A stretch of 64,000 nt of DNA. Origin: Alphaproteobacteria bacterium (GTDB taxonomy: Bacteria; Pseudomonadota; Alphaproteobacteria; Bin95). The stretch covers positions 1,120,001-1,184,000 of the forward strand of contig CBDBGH010000003.1 of the NCBI GenBank assembly GCA_965205265.1, read 5' to 3'. The translations under genes were made by a program, and so were the position numbers. This document shows, one piece after another, positions 32,574 to 42,596 of the stretch (position 1 is the stretch's first letter; every line of letters starts with the position of its first letter). The notes beneath the pieces were generated by a model. The model was not told the DNA's origin and made no database searches. It was given only the letters and a program-made list of their open reading frames with translations.

Positions 32574-33689
32574 ATGGCCGTGCCGACATTCACCATGCGC
32601 CAGCTTCTGGAAGCGGGCGTCCATTTCGGACATCACACCCGGCGCTGGAACCCCAGGATGGCGCCGTACATCTTCGGGATCCGCAACGGCATCCACATCA
32701 TGGACCTCCAGCAGACGGTCCCGATGCTCTACCGGGCGCTGGAGGCGGTTTCCAATGTCGTGGGCGAGGGCGGGCGCGTCCTGTTCGTCGGCACCAAGCG
32801 CCAGGCGCAGGAAACGGTGGCCGAGGCGGCGCGGCAATGCGGGCAGTATTTCGTCAACCACCGCTGGCTCGGCGGCATGCTGACGAACTGGAAGACGATC
32901 TCCAACTCCATCAACCGGCTGCGCGACCTCGAGGAACAGCTGGCGCAGGACAATATCGGCCTGACCAAGAAGGAGTTCCTGCAGCTCCAGCGCGAGCGCG
33001 ACAAGCTGGAGCAGACGCTGGGCGGCATCAAGGAGATGGCGGGCCTGCCCGACATCCTCTTCGTCATCGACACCAACAAGGAACACATCGCCGTCGCCGA
33101 GGCCCGCAAGCTGAATATTCCCGTCGTCGCCGTGCTGGACAGCAATTCCGACCCCGAGGGCGTGGAATTCCCGGTGCCCGGCAACGATGACGCAATCCGG
33201 GCGATCTCGCTCTATTGCGAACTGGTCACGAGCGCGGTGCTCGACGGCATCGAGCGGGAAATGACGGCATCCGGCCAGGATATCGGCGAGCTGGAGGCGG
33301 CGCCCCAGGAGCAGGTCGCCGGTCCGGAGGACGAATCCGAAGCGGCGTCTGCCGATACCGCCGGGACGCCCGAAGCCGTCATGGCCGCCGAAGCGCCCGA
33401 ACCTGCGGAGGTCCCGGAAGCCGCCCCGGCCGCGGAGAGCCCCGAGGCGGCGGAAGCTCCGGAAGCTCCCGAGGCCGCAGAGGCGCCCGAGGCTGCGGAG
33501 GCTCCGGAAGCCCCGGAGTCCGCAGAGGCGCCCGAGGCTGCTGAAGCGCCGGAGGCAGCCGAACCTGCGGATGCCCCCGAAGCCGCAGAGGCTTCGGAGG
33601 CCCCGGAAGCTTCCGAGGCAGCAGAGGCCGGGGCAGCGGACGAGACTGCCGAAAGCGCCGGCGAGGCTGGCGAAGAAAAGACGAACTGA
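32574..33689 (+). CDS. rpsB: 30S ribosomal protein S2 with long acidic repeat tail
   Basis: [10 protein letters not shown]...[25 protein letters not shown]. Confidence 0.98.
   Translation: MAVPTFTMRQLLEAGVHFGHHTRRWNPRMAPYIFGIRNGIHIMDLQQTVPMLYRALEAVSNVVGEGGRVLFVGTKRQAQETVAEAARQCGQYFVNHRWLGGMLTNWKTISNSINRLRDLEEQLAQDNIGLTKKEFLQLQRERDKLEQTLGGIKEMAGLPDILFVIDTNKEHIAVAEARKLNIPVVAVLDSNSDPEGVEFPVPGNDDAIRAISLYCELVTSAVLDGIEREMTASGQDIGELEAAPQEQVAGPEDESEAASADTAGTPEAVMAAEAPEPAEVPEAAPAAESPEAAEAPEAPEAAEAPEAAEAPEAPESAEAPEAAEAPEAAEPADAPEAAEASEAPEASEAAEAGAADETAESAGEAGEEKTN
33367..33665 (+). repeat. Intragenic low-complexity repeat (APE/AAE tripeptides) in the rpsB tail
   Basis: ...[31 protein letters not shown]... 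Confidence 0.9.
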
Positions 33690-33710
33690 CCGCAAGAGAG
33701 GCGAACACCG

Positions 33711-34631
33711 ATGGCTCAGGTGACGGCGGCGCTGGTCAAGGATCTGCGCGAGCGGACCGGCGCCGGCATGATGGACTGCAAGAAGGCGCTGACGGAAAAC
33801 GGCGCCGACATCGAGGCGGCCCTGGACTGGCTGCGCAAGAAGGGGCTGGCTGCAGCGCAGAAAAAGGCCGGCCGGACAGCGGCCGAGGGGCTGGTCGGCA
33901 TGGCGCTGGAGGACGGGCGCGGCGCGCTGGTCGAGCTCAACTCCGAAACCGACTTTGTCGCGCGCAATGAAGGCTTCCAGGCGGCGGTCGCGAGGCTGGC
34001 CGCGCTCGGGCTGACCGTCGAGGGCGGTCTGGATGCCCTCAAGGGAAGCGAGATCGACGGGCAGACCGCCGAGGACTATGTCACCGGCCTGATCGCCACC
34101 ATCGGCGAGAACATGAACCTCCGCCGCTACGCCACCGTCAAGGTCGGGGAAGGCGTCGTGGCCGGCTACATGCACAGCGCGGCGGCTCCGGGCCTCGGCA
34201 AGATCGGCGTCCTGGTCGGGCTGGAATCGTCCGGCGACAAGGAAAAGCTGGCGGCGCTCGGCAAGCAGATCGCCATGCATGTGACCTCCGCAAATCCCCG
34301 CTGGGTCTCGCGCGGCGATGTCGATGAGTTGGCGGTGGAGCGCGAGCGCGCCATCCTCGTGGACCAGGCGAAGGCGTCGGGCCGGCCCGACCATGTGATC
34401 GAGAAGATGGTCGAAGGGCGGATGCGCAAATATTACGAGGAGGTCGTGCTCGCCGAGCAGGCCTTCATCATGGACACCGACAAATCTGTGGCCAGGGTGC
34501 TGGAGGAAGCCGCGGGCGATATCGGCGCGCCGGTATCCTGCACCGGCTTCGTGCGCTTCGCTCTGGGTGAGGGCGTGGAACGCGAAGAGAAGGACTTCGC
34601 CGCAGAGGTGGCCCAGACGCTAGGGGACTGA
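33711..34631 (+). CDS. tsf: Elongation factor Ts
   Basis: LRERTGAGMMDCKKAL, NSETDFVA, EDFAAEV-like end. Confidence 0.98.
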   Translation: MAQVTAALVKDLRERTGAGMMDCKKALTENGADIEAALDWLRKKGLAAAQKKAGRTAAEGLVGMALEDGRGALVELNSETDFVARNEGFQAAVARLAALGLTVEGGLDALKGSEIDGQTAEDYVTGLIATIGENMNLRRYATVKVGEGVVAGYMHSAAAPGLGKIGVLVGLESSGDKEKLAALGKQIAMHVTSANPRWVSRGDVDELAVERERAILVDQAKASGRPDHVIEKMVEGRMRKYYEEVVLAEQAFIMDTDKSVARVLEEAAGDIGAPVSCTGFVRFALGEGVEREEKDFAAEVAQTLGD

Positions 34632-34656
34632 CGCGCGGGCCCCGACGGGAGAGTTC

Positions 34657-35373
34657 ATGGCGCAGCAAACCCGTTTCCGCCGCGTTCTGCTCAAGGTCTC
34701 CGGCGAGGCCCTGATGGGCGGTGAGGAATTCGGCATCGCGCCTTCCACAATGCGGCGCATCGCGGGCGACATTGCCGAGGTCAGGGCGCTCGAGGTCCAG
34801 GTGGCGGTCGTCGTCGGAGGGGGCAATATCTTCCGGGGGGTGAACTCCGCGAAGATCGGCGTCGGGCGCGTTGCGGGCGACAACATGGGAATGCTCGCCA
34901 CGGTCATCAACGCGCTCGCGCTCCGCAGCGCGCTGGAGGACGCCGGCGTCGAGGCGCGCGTGCAGAGCGCGATACCCATGCACACCGTCTGCGAACAGTT
35001 CATTCGCGAACGCGCCGACCGCCATCTTCGCCGCGGCCGGGTCCTGGTCCTGGCAGGCGGCACGGGCAACCCGTTTTTCACCACCGATTCCGCCGCGATA
35101 TTGCGGGCGAGCGAACTCGGTTGCGATGCGGTGCTCAAGGCGACCAAGGTGGACGGCGTCTATTCCGCGGACCCTGAACAGGAGCCCGATGCCGAGCGCT
35201 ATGACGCGCTGACTTACAACGAAGTTCTTGAGCGCGACCTAAAGGTCATGGACGCCTCCGCCGTTGCGCTGGCGCGGGACAACCGCATTCCGATTCTCGT
35301 CTTTTCGCTGCATAATGCGGGTTCGTTCGCCCGCGCACTGACGGGCCGCGAGGCATCGACGGTGATCCGGTAG
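34657..35373 (+). CDS. pyrH: UMP kinase
   Basis: LLKVSGEAL, GGGNIFRG, GTGNPFFTTD, TKVDGVY. Confidence 0.98.
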   Translation: MAQQTRFRRVLLKVSGEALMGGEEFGIAPSTMRRIAGDIAEVRALEVQVAVVVGGGNIFRGVNSAKIGVGRVAGDNMGMLATVINALALRSALEDAGVEARVQSAIPMHTVCEQFIRERADRHLRRGRVLVLAGGTGNPFFTTDSAAILRASELGCDAVLKATKVDGVYSADPEQEPDAERYDALTYNEVLERDLKVMDASAVALARDNRIPILVFSLHNAGSFARALTGREASTVIR

Positions 35374-35388
35374 GAAAGCGAGGCTCTC

Positions 35389-35949
35389 GTGTCCGAAGAC
35401 CCCGATATCGACGATCTGGAGCGGCGCATGAACGGCGCCATCGAGGCGCTGAAACGCGAATTCGCAGGGCTGAGAACCGGCCGGGCAAGCACCTCCCTTC
35501 TCGAGCCGCTGACTGTGGAGGCCTACGGCTCGGAAATGCCCATCAACCAGGTGGCGACGCTCGGCGCGCCGGAACCGCGCATGCTGACGGTGCAGGTCTG
35601 GGACAGGAGCAATGTGAAGGCCGTCGAGCGGGCCATTCGCGAGTCGGCTCTGGGACTCAATCCCGCTGCGGACGGCCAATTGATCCGGGTGCCGATCCCC
35701 GAGTTGAGCGAAGAGCGCCGGACGGAGCTCGCGAGGGTCGCTCACCGCTATGCGGAGCAGGCGCGGGTCGCGGTGCGCAATGTGCGCCGCGACGGCATGG
35801 ACAAGCTCAAGCGCATGGAGCGGGCGGGAGACCTTTCCCAGGACGAACAGCATCTATGGTCCGAAGAAGTGCAGGAGCTGACGGACCGCTTCGTCAAGGA
35901 AATCGACAGCGCCGTGGACGCCAAAGAATCCGAAATCATGCAGGTGTGA
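35389..35949 (+). CDS. frr: Ribosome recycling factor
   Basis: [30 protein letters not shown]. Confidence 0.97.
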   Translation: MSEDPDIDDLERRMNGAIEALKREFAGLRTGRASTSLLEPLTVEAYGSEMPINQVATLGAPEPRMLTVQVWDRSNVKAVERAIRESALGLNPAADGQLIRVPIPELSEERRTELARVAHRYAEQARVAVRNVRRDGMDKLKRMERAGDLSQDEQHLWSEEVQELTDRFVKEIDSAVDAKESEIMQV

Positions 35950-35954
35950 CCGCC

Positions 35955-36692
35955 ATGGCGGTCGAAACACGGGCGTTTCCCGCGGCGCTGGCGCTGCCTC
36001 GCCATGTCGCGATCATCATGGATGGCAACGGGCGCTGGGCTTCGGCGCGGGGCCTGCCGCGCGCGGCCGGCCACAGGCGCGGTGCGGAGGCGGCGCGCGC
36101 CGCGGTGCGGACTGCGGCCGAACTCGGCATCGAGATTCTGACGCTCTACACGTTTTCCTCCGAGAACTGGAGCCGGTCGGCGCAGGAGGTGGACGACCTG
36201 CTCGGCCTGCTGCGTTACTATCTCGGCAGGGAACTCGAGGATATGCACCGCAACGGCGTGCGGCTGCGAATGATCGGGGAACGGGACCGCTTGCCGGCGG
36301 ACCTCCGCGAACGGATCGCCCATGCCGAGGCCGTGACTGCCGGCAACGACGCCATTCTGGTGCAGGTCGCGGTCAGCTATGGCGGCCGTGACGAGATCGT
36401 GCGCGCTGCCCGGCGCCTTGTCGAGGCGGGAGCGGCAGGCGGGCTCCGGCCCGGCGACATCGACGAAGCCGCCTTCGCAGACAGGCTGGACACGGCCGGC
36501 ATACCCGATCCCGACTTGCTGGTCCGCACCGGCGGCGAAATGCGAATCAGCAATTTCCTTCTCTGGCAGGCGGCTTACGCAGAGCTCTTCTTTACCGAGC
36601 GGCTATGGCCGGAGTTCGCCAAAGCCGATCTGGAAGCGGCTCTGGTCGCATTCAGCCGGCGCGAGCGGCGTTATGGCGTCCGCGCTGCCTGA
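35955..36692 (+). CDS. uppS: Undecaprenyl diphosphate synthase
   Basis: HVAIIMDGNGRWA, FSSENW, RTGGEMRISNFLLWQ. Confidence 0.97.
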   Translation: MAVETRAFPAALALPRHVAIIMDGNGRWASARGLPRAAGHRRGAEAARAAVRTAAELGIEILTLYTFSSENWSRSAQEVDDLLGLLRYYLGRELEDMHRNGVRLRMIGERDRLPADLRERIAHAEAVTAGNDAILVQVAVSYGGRDEIVRAARRLVEAGAAGGLRPGDIDEAAFADRLDTAGIPDPDLLVRTGGEMRISNFLLWQAAYAELFFTERLWPEFAKADLEAALVAFSRRERRYGVRAA

Positions 36693-37455
36693 CGAAACCT
36701 TCCGGCGCCTGGTTGCGGCCGCGGTCCTGATGCCGGCTGCGATTCTGGCGGTGTGGGCCGGGACGCCGTTTTGGGAAGCCCTGTTGTTCGCCGGCGCGCT
36801 GCTCGCCGGGCGCGAATGGGCTGCGATGGCCGAGCCGGAGGCGGTGAGGGCGTTTACGGCAATACCCGCGGCCGCCACGGCTCCGGCCCTGTTTTCGGCG
36901 CCGGCGGTCCTGCAGGGGGCGGTTGCGCTCGGGGCGGCCCTTGCGACCGGTTTGCTGTTCGGGCGCAGGGCGCTGGGGGCGGGGGTTCTCTATATCGCGC
37001 TTCCGGTCATGTGCCTCATCGCCCTCAGGCGCCCCGATTTCGGCGGCCTGGAACTCATCGTCTGGCTGTTCGCCGTTATCTGGGCAGGGGACATCGCGGC
37101 CTGGTGGACAGGGCGCAGACTCGGAGGCCCGAAGCTGGCGCCGTCCTGGAGCCCCGGCAAGACCTGGAGCGGCCTTGCCGGGGGGCTTGCCGCCGCCGGC
37201 GCCGCCGGGGCTGCCGCGAGCGCTGCCTTCGATGCGCCCGGAGGTGCCGGCGGCGGCTTCGCAGCCGGCGTGCTGGTCGGAGGAGCGGGAGCGGCCGGCG
37301 ACCTGTTCGAAAGCGCCTGCAAGCGCCGCTTCGGCGTCAAGGACAGCGGCCGCCTGATTCCCGGGCATGGCGGGGTGCTGGACCGTGTGGACGCTCTCCT
37401 TGCGGGGGCCGCCGCCGTTATGCTGCTGACGGTTTGCGGGTGGCGCTGGACATGA
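36673..37455 (+). CDS. cdsA: Phosphatidate cytidylyltransferase
   Basis: SPGKTWSG...GDLFESACKRRFGVKDSGRLIPGHGGVLDRVD. Confidence 0.95.
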   Translation: MASALPDETFRRLVAAAVLMPAAILAVWAGTPFWEALLFAGALLAGREWAAMAEPEAVRAFTAIPAAATAPALFSAPAVLQGAVALGAALATGLLFGRRALGAGVLYIALPVMCLIALRRPDFGGLELIVWLFAVIWAGDIAAWWTGRRLGGPKLAPSWSPGKTWSGLAGGLAAAGAAGAAASAAFDAPGGAGGGFAAGVLVGGAGAAGDLFESACKRRFGVKDSGRLIPGHGGVLDRVDALLAGAAAVMLLTVCGWRWT

Positions 37456-38627
37456 CGGCGAAGCGGGTGTCCATACTGGGTGCGACCGGTTCGGTAGGCG
37501 CGAATACGCTTTCCGTCATCGGCGAACATCGGGAGCGCTTTCGGGTCGTTGCCCTGGCGGCAGGAAGCAACGCCGGCCTTCTTGCGCAACAGGCCCGCGC
37601 ATTCCGGCCCGAGTTCGCCGCGGTTGCGGAGCTCGGCAGCTATGCGGCGTTGAAGGAAGGACTGGCCGGAACCGGCATCGAGACGGCGGCCGGCCCGGAA
37701 GCGGTAGTGGAAGCCGCCAGACGCGATGCCGAATGGGTGATGGCGGCGATTTCCGGCGCCGCAGGTCTGGAATCGACGCTCGCAGCGGTCGAGCGCGGCG
37801 CCGTTGTCGCTCTGGCCAACAAGGAAAGCCTGGTGTGTGCGGGCGAGCTGATGATGGCTGCGGCGCGCGCCTCCGGAAGCACGATCCTGCCGGTCGATTC
37901 CGAGCACAATGCGATCTTCCAGGTTTTCGATGCGCAGTGCCGGGACGCGGTCCGGCGCCTGATTCTGACGGCTTCCGGCGGGCCTTTCCGGTCCGCCAGC
38001 CGGGAAGAAATGGCCATCGTGCGTCCAGCCGAAGCCCTCAAACACCCGAATTGGGACATGGGCGCCAAGATAACCATCGATTCGGCGACCATGATGAACA
38101 AGGGCCTGGAGCTCATTGAGGCGCGCCACCTGTTCGCGATGTCCGGCGACGCCATAGACATTCTCGTCCATCCGCAATCCATCGTGCATTCCATGGTGGA
38201 ATATGCCGACGGGTCGGTGCTGGCGCAGCTGGGCACGCCCGACATGCGCACGCCGATAGCCGTTGCGCTCGCCTGGCCCGAGCGGCTGTCGGTGGCGGGC
38301 GAGCGCCTCGACCTTGCGGCGATAGGCCGTCTCGACTTCGAGCCGCCCGACCCCGAGCGGTTTCCGGCCCTTGCGCTTGCCCGGCAGGCGCTGGAAAGCG
38401 GCGGCACGGAACCGGCGGCGCTCAGCGCGGCGAACGAAGTGGCGGTTGCGGCGTTCCTGTCGGAGCGGATCGGCTTCCTGCAAATCGCCGAGATTGCGGG
38501 CGACACCGTCGCGGCAATGGGGTCCGGCCGGCTTGCCGGCCTGGACGATGTGCGGTCCGCCGACCGGGAGGCGCGGGAAGTGGCGGAGCGGCTGGTCGAC
38601 CGGGCCGCAGACAGGAGTTCGCGCTAG
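37452..38627 (+). CDS. dxr: 1-deoxy-D-xylulose 5-phosphate reductoisomerase
   Basis: LGATGSVG, LANKESLV, PVDSEHNAIFQ, HPNWDMGAKITIDSATMMNKGLE. Confidence 0.98.
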   Translation: MTAKRVSILGATGSVGANTLSVIGEHRERFRVVALAAGSNAGLLAQQARAFRPEFAAVAELGSYAALKEGLAGTGIETAAGPEAVVEAARRDAEWVMAAISGAAGLESTLAAVERGAVVALANKESLVCAGELMMAAARASGSTILPVDSEHNAIFQVFDAQCRDAVRRLILTASGGPFRSASREEMAIVRPAEALKHPNWDMGAKITIDSATMMNKGLELIEARHLFAMSGDAIDILVHPQSIVHSMVEYADGSVLAQLGTPDMRTPIAVALAWPERLSVAGERLDLAAIGRLDFEPPDPERFPALALARQALESGGTEPAALSAANEVAVAAFLSERIGFLQIAEIAGDTVAAMGSGRLAGLDDVRSADREAREVAERLVDRAADRSSR

Positions 38628-38735
38628 TGTCCCGGTTTCGAAGTCCGTATGACCTGGATCGGGGTACGAGGCCTCTTCGGTTCGACGATTCCTTCGTCAT
38701 GCCCGCCCCCCATATCGTCATGCACGGACTTGTTC

Positions 38736-39077
38736 CATTGCTGTCCGGTTTAGGATTTGCGGGCAGGGCGCATGGCGTGGATTCAACCGGGTTTCGAGGA
38801 GATCGGCGGGATTGGGACTCGGATCGATGCCTGACGTCCCAACCCTCACATCGTCATACCCGGACTTGTTCCGGGTATCCATACGGCCGTCCGACGGAAG
38901 CTGTGGCGGGAGATACCCGGAACAAGTCCGGGTATGACGAAAGAACCTGTCTTGAGCCTGTCGAAGGGGGGCGTCCGGGCTTCACGGGCAAGGGGCGGAT
39001 CACGGACGCCGCGCGCTCCCGAAACCCCCGGCGGACTCCCGTTCAGCCTCGCCCAATGGCTGAACCGGACAGCAATG
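38736..39077. mobile_element. 342-bp MITE with IS4-like terminal inverted repeats and 9-bp target duplication
   Basis: IRs CATTGCTGTCCGGTTTAG / CATTGCTGTCCGGTTCAG (17/18); flanking direct repeat GACTTGTTC at 38727-38735 and 39078-39086; no transposase. Confidence 0.82.
38851..38940. repeat. CGTC-tagged REP-like doublet nested in the MITE
   Basis: Perfect 29-bp inverted arms tcgtcatacccggacttgttccgggtatc; spacer homologous to that of the 50403-50492 copy. Confidence 0.9.
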
Positions 39078-39183
39078 GACTTGTTCCGGGCATCCACTTC
39101 CGCCGCCGCAATGGCCCCGAGGGAGATGCCCGGAACAAGTCCGGGCATGACCGGAAAAGACAGGACACCAGGGAGGCGTCCGG

Positions 39184-40287
39184 TTGAGCTTCATTTGGGA
39201 ATATCTGGTCCCGTTCCTGGTCCTGCTGAGCGTGCTCGTGTTCGTGCACGAGTTCGGCCATTACTGGGCGGCGCGGCGGTGCGGCATCAGGGTGGAGGTC
39301 TTTTCCGTCGGGTTCGGCCGCGAGCTCTGGGGCCGGACCGACCGGGCCGGAACGCGCTGGAAGTTCGCTCTCATTCCGCTTGGCGGCTATGTGCGCATGT
39401 TCGGTGAGGCGGACGGCGCGCGCGCGCTGACGCCGGAGGAACACGCCGTCGCGTTCGGCAGCAAATCGCTCGGGCAGCGGGCGTTCGTTGTGGCGGCGGG
39501 TCCGGCGGCGAACTTCCTCTTTGCGATCCTCCTTGCCGCCGTCATGTTCATGACTTACGGCCAGCGGCATACCAGCCCCGTCGTCACCGAAGTGGTGCAG
39601 GGCGGCGCCGCCGCGTCGGCCGGCATCCGCGCGGGCGACCGCTTCGTGGAGCTCGACGGCGAGACGATTGCGCGGTTCGAGGACCTGCAGCGGATCGTGC
39701 GGCTCAGTCCCGGCCGGCCGCTGGAAGCCGTCGTGGTCCGCGGCGGCGCGGAAACGGCGTTCACCGTCACGCCTGCGGTGGAACGCCAGACCGACAGCCT
39801 CGGCAATGTGCATGAGTTCGGCCTGCTCGGCGTGCGCGGCAGAGCGACGGAGACCGTGCGCCTCGGACCCGGGGAGGCGCTGGGCGCCGCGGTCGATTAC
39901 ACCTGGACCATGACGGTGACCATCCTCGCCTTCGTCGGCGAGATGATCGAGGGCCGCCGCTCCACCGACGAGCTCGGCGGGGTGCTTCGCATCGGGCATC
40001 TGGCAGGCGAGGTCGCGAAGATCGACTTCTCGGCCTACCTGCATTTCATGGTGCTGTTGTCGATCAATCTCGGCCTCATCAACCTGTTCCCGATTCCGCT
40101 TCTGGACGGCGGGCATCTTGTCTTCTATGCAATTGAAGCGATTCGGGGCCGTCCGCTCGGGCAGAAGGCCCAGGAAATCGGGTTCAGGATCGGCCTGGGC
40201 CTGGTGGTGGCGTTGATGCTGTTCGTAACCTGGAACGACTTGGTGTACTTTCAGGTTGTCGCATTCTTGGAACGCGTCGTCGGATGA
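39184..40287 (+). CDS. rseP: RIP metalloprotease RseP
   Basis: HEFGH, PLGGYV, AAGPAAN, PDZ region, NLFPIPLLDGG; TTG start behind GGGAGG. Confidence 0.96.
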   Translation: MSFIWEYLVPFLVLLSVLVFVHEFGHYWAARRCGIRVEVFSVGFGRELWGRTDRAGTRWKFALIPLGGYVRMFGEADGARALTPEEHAVAFGSKSLGQRAFVVAAGPAANFLFAILLAAVMFMTYGQRHTSPVVTEVVQGGAAASAGIRAGDRFVELDGETIARFEDLQRIVRLSPGRPLEAVVVRGGAETAFTVTPAVERQTDSLGNVHEFGLLGVRGRATETVRLGPGEALGAAVDYTWTMTVTILAFVGEMIEGRRSTDELGGVLRIGHLAGEVAKIDFSAYLHFMVLLSINLGLINLFPIPLLDGGHLVFYAIEAIRGRPLGQKAQEIGFRIGLGLVVALMLFVTWNDLVYFQVVAFLERVVG

Positions 40288-42596
40288 CGCCGTCGATAGG
40301 GGATTCCATGAGCAGATGGCGAGTCGTGCTTGCCGCATGGGTGCTGGCCGCCGCTATGGCGCTGCCGCCGGCGGTTGCCGACGCCCAGACGGGCGGCGCC
40401 GTCCGCGACATCGAGGTTGTCGGCGCGCAGCGCGTGGACGCCGAAACCGTCCGTTCCTATATGCGCGTGCAGCCGGGCGATCCCCTGGGACCGAGAACCA
40501 TCAGCGACGCCCTGAAGAGCCTGTTCGAAACCGGCTATTTCGCCGATGTCAGCATCGACATGCGCGGCGATGTCATGGTGGTGACGGTCGCGGAGAACCC
40601 GGTCGTCAACCGTATTGCGTTCGAGGGAAACAGGCGGATCGACGATGAGACGCTCGGGCCCGAAGTACAGCTGAAACCGCGCCAGATCTTCACCCGTTCG
40701 GCGGCGGAACGGGATGTCAAACGCATTCTCGAAATTTACCGGCGGTCGGGCCGCTTTGCGGCAAGCGTCGAGGCGAAAATTATCGAACTTCCGCAGAACC
40801 GCGTGGATGTCGCCTTCGAGATCGACGAAGGAGAACAGACCCTTATCGAGAAGATCGTGTTCATCGGCAACGAGCAATTCAGCGACAGCGAGCTGATAGG
40901 CGAGATCAGCAGCAAGGAAGCAGCCTGGTACCGCTTTCTCTCGAATGACGATGTTTACGATCCGGATCGCGTGGCGTTCGACCGCGAACAGCTTCGCGCC
41001 TTCTATCTCTCCAACGGTTACGTCGATTTCCGGGTGGCTTCGGCAGTCGCCGAGCTGACGCCGGACCGGGACGGCTTTATCCTGACTTTCACCGTGGAAG
41101 AAGGTCCGCAATACACCTTTGGCGCCATCTCGCTCGAAAACCGGTTGGTGGACATTCCGGACTTCCGCCTGTCATCCTTCCTCCAGCCTCGTACGGGTGA
41201 AATCTACGACAGGGGAAAGGTCCGTGAAACGGTGGACGGTCTGGTCGAAGCGGTGGGCGCTTCGGGATTTGCGTTTGTGGATGTCCAGCCGCGCTCGACG
41301 ATCCGCAGGGAAGAACGGGAAGTCGATCTCGTGTTCCTCGTCGATGAAGGACCGAGGATTTATGTCGAACGTATCGACATCGAAGGAAACCTGCGCACGC
41401 TTGACCGCGTAATCCGGCGCGAATTCGGAATTGTGGAGGGAGATGCATACAGCCCCTCCAAAGTCGCCAGGGCAACCCGGCAGGTGCGCAATCTGGGTTA
41501 TTTCAGGAAGGTCGATGTTTCGAATGAGCGGGGAAGCCGGCCGGACCGGACTCGCGTTACGGTCGAGGTGGAAGAGACGGCCACGGGCGAGTTCTCGATA
41601 GGCGCCGGCTATTCCAGCGAGAGCGGCGGGCTGCTTTCGCTGAGACTAGCCGAACGCAACCTGCTCGGGAAAGGACAGACTCTGGCTCTTTCTACGACGC
41701 TTGCCGAAGAGCAGAACCAGATCGAATTGTCCTTCACCGAACCGTATTTCCAGGACCAGCCTCTCTCGGTAGGCGGCGATATCTTCCGGGTCGTGACTGA
41801 AAACGACGACCTGGGATCTTACGATCTGGAAAGAACCGGCAGCCGCCTTCGGATCGGTTACAAACTTTCCCAGAACTGGTATCAGCGCTGGCGCTATTCC
41901 GTGACCCGCCGGTTGCAGAAGCCTCACCCCGGCAATAATATTTTACGGAGGGACTCCACTATCTCTTCGGTTGTCGGGCATGAAGTCGCGTACGATACGC
42001 GGGACAATCGGTTCAACCCGACTTCGGGAAATATCCTGAGCATCAGCAATGACCTGGCGGGCCTCGGAGGGCAGGCCCGCTATCTCCGCACGGATGTCAG
42101 GGGGACGCATTATCTGCCCATGTCGAGGAAGCCGCCGGTGACCCTGGCGCTGTCCGCACGGGCCGGCGCGATCTACGGGCTCGGCAAGGATGTCGGACTT
42201 GTGGACCGTTATTTCCTCGGCGGCAGGACCTTGCGGGGCTTCGAGTTCGGCGGAGTCGGTCCGCGGCTCAACTCAAGAAGCATGAGTCCCGGCATTGCAA
42301 TCGGCGGCAACTACCTTGCGACCACCTCCGCAGAAGCGATCTTTCCGGTCAGCCTGTCGGCGGAAGATCTCGGCCTCCAGGCGAGGCTGTTCGCCGAGTT
42401 CGGCACGCTTACCGGAGTCGACGACATCAATAGCCAGAATTACGACGACGACGCCTCGATACGCGGCTCGATCGGCTTCGGCATATCCTGGACCACGCCG
42501 CTCGGGCCGCTTCGCCTCGATTTCGCCTGGCCGGTCGTGAAGGAAGACTTCGACAAGGACGAAACGATCCTGTTCAGCATCGGGCAACAGTTCTGA
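40284..42596 (+). CDS. bamA: Outer membrane protein assembly factor BamA
   Basis: POTRA repeats, GNLRTLDRVIRRE, LRGF, TPLGPLRLDFA, C-terminal F; alternative start 40308. Confidence 0.96.
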   Translation: MTPSIGDSMSRWRVVLAAWVLAAAMALPPAVADAQTGGAVRDIEVVGAQRVDAETVRSYMRVQPGDPLGPRTISDALKSLFETGYFADVSIDMRGDVMVVTVAENPVVNRIAFEGNRRIDDETLGPEVQLKPRQIFTRSAAERDVKRILEIYRRSGRFAASVEAKIIELPQNRVDVAFEIDEGEQTLIEKIVFIGNEQFSDSELIGEISSKEAAWYRFLSNDDVYDPDRVAFDREQLRAFYLSNGYVDFRVASAVAELTPDRDGFILTFTVEEGPQYTFGAISLENRLVDIPDFRLSSFLQPRTGEIYDRGKVRETVDGLVEAVGASGFAFVDVQPRSTIRREEREVDLVFLVDEGPRIYVERIDIEGNLRTLDRVIRREFGIVEGDAYSPSKVARATRQVRNLGYFRKVDVSNERGSRPDRTRVTVEVEETATGEFSIGAGYSSESGGLLSLRLAERNLLGKGQTLALSTTLAEEQNQIELSFTEPYFQDQPLSVGGDIFRVVTENDDLGSYDLERTGSRLRIGYKLSQNWYQRWRYSVTRRLQKPHPGNNILRRDSTISSVVGHEVAYDTRDNRFNPTSGNILSISNDLAGLGGQARYLRTDVRGTHYLPMSRKPPVTLALSARAGAIYGLGKDVGLVDRYFLGGRTLRGFEFGGVGPRLNSRSMSPGIAIGGNYLATTSAEAIFPVSLSAEDLGLQARLFAEFGTLTGVDDINSQNYDDDASIRGSIGFGISWTTPLGPLRLDFAWPVVKEDFDKDETILFSIGQQF

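Larger units (their letters stand above)
38695..39150. repeat. CGTC-tagged REP-like doublet (inverted copy of the 48305 element) split by a MITE
   Basis: Removing 38736-39086 regenerates cgtcatgcacggacttgttccgggcatccacttccgccgccgcaatggccccgagggagatgcccggaacaagtccgggcatgac, near-identical to the reverse complement of 48305-48391. Confidence 0.85.

Noticed and set aside
31518-34394. 958-aa minus-strand ORF (and similar long ORFs at 13105-15483 and 53716-56232)
   Set aside because: Antisense shadows of well-supported genes with no recognisable motifs
38627-39187. ORFs reading MPGLVPGI / MPGTSPGMT (also near 48040-48648 and 50301-50521)
   Set aside because: Translations of the palindromic repeats, not credible genes
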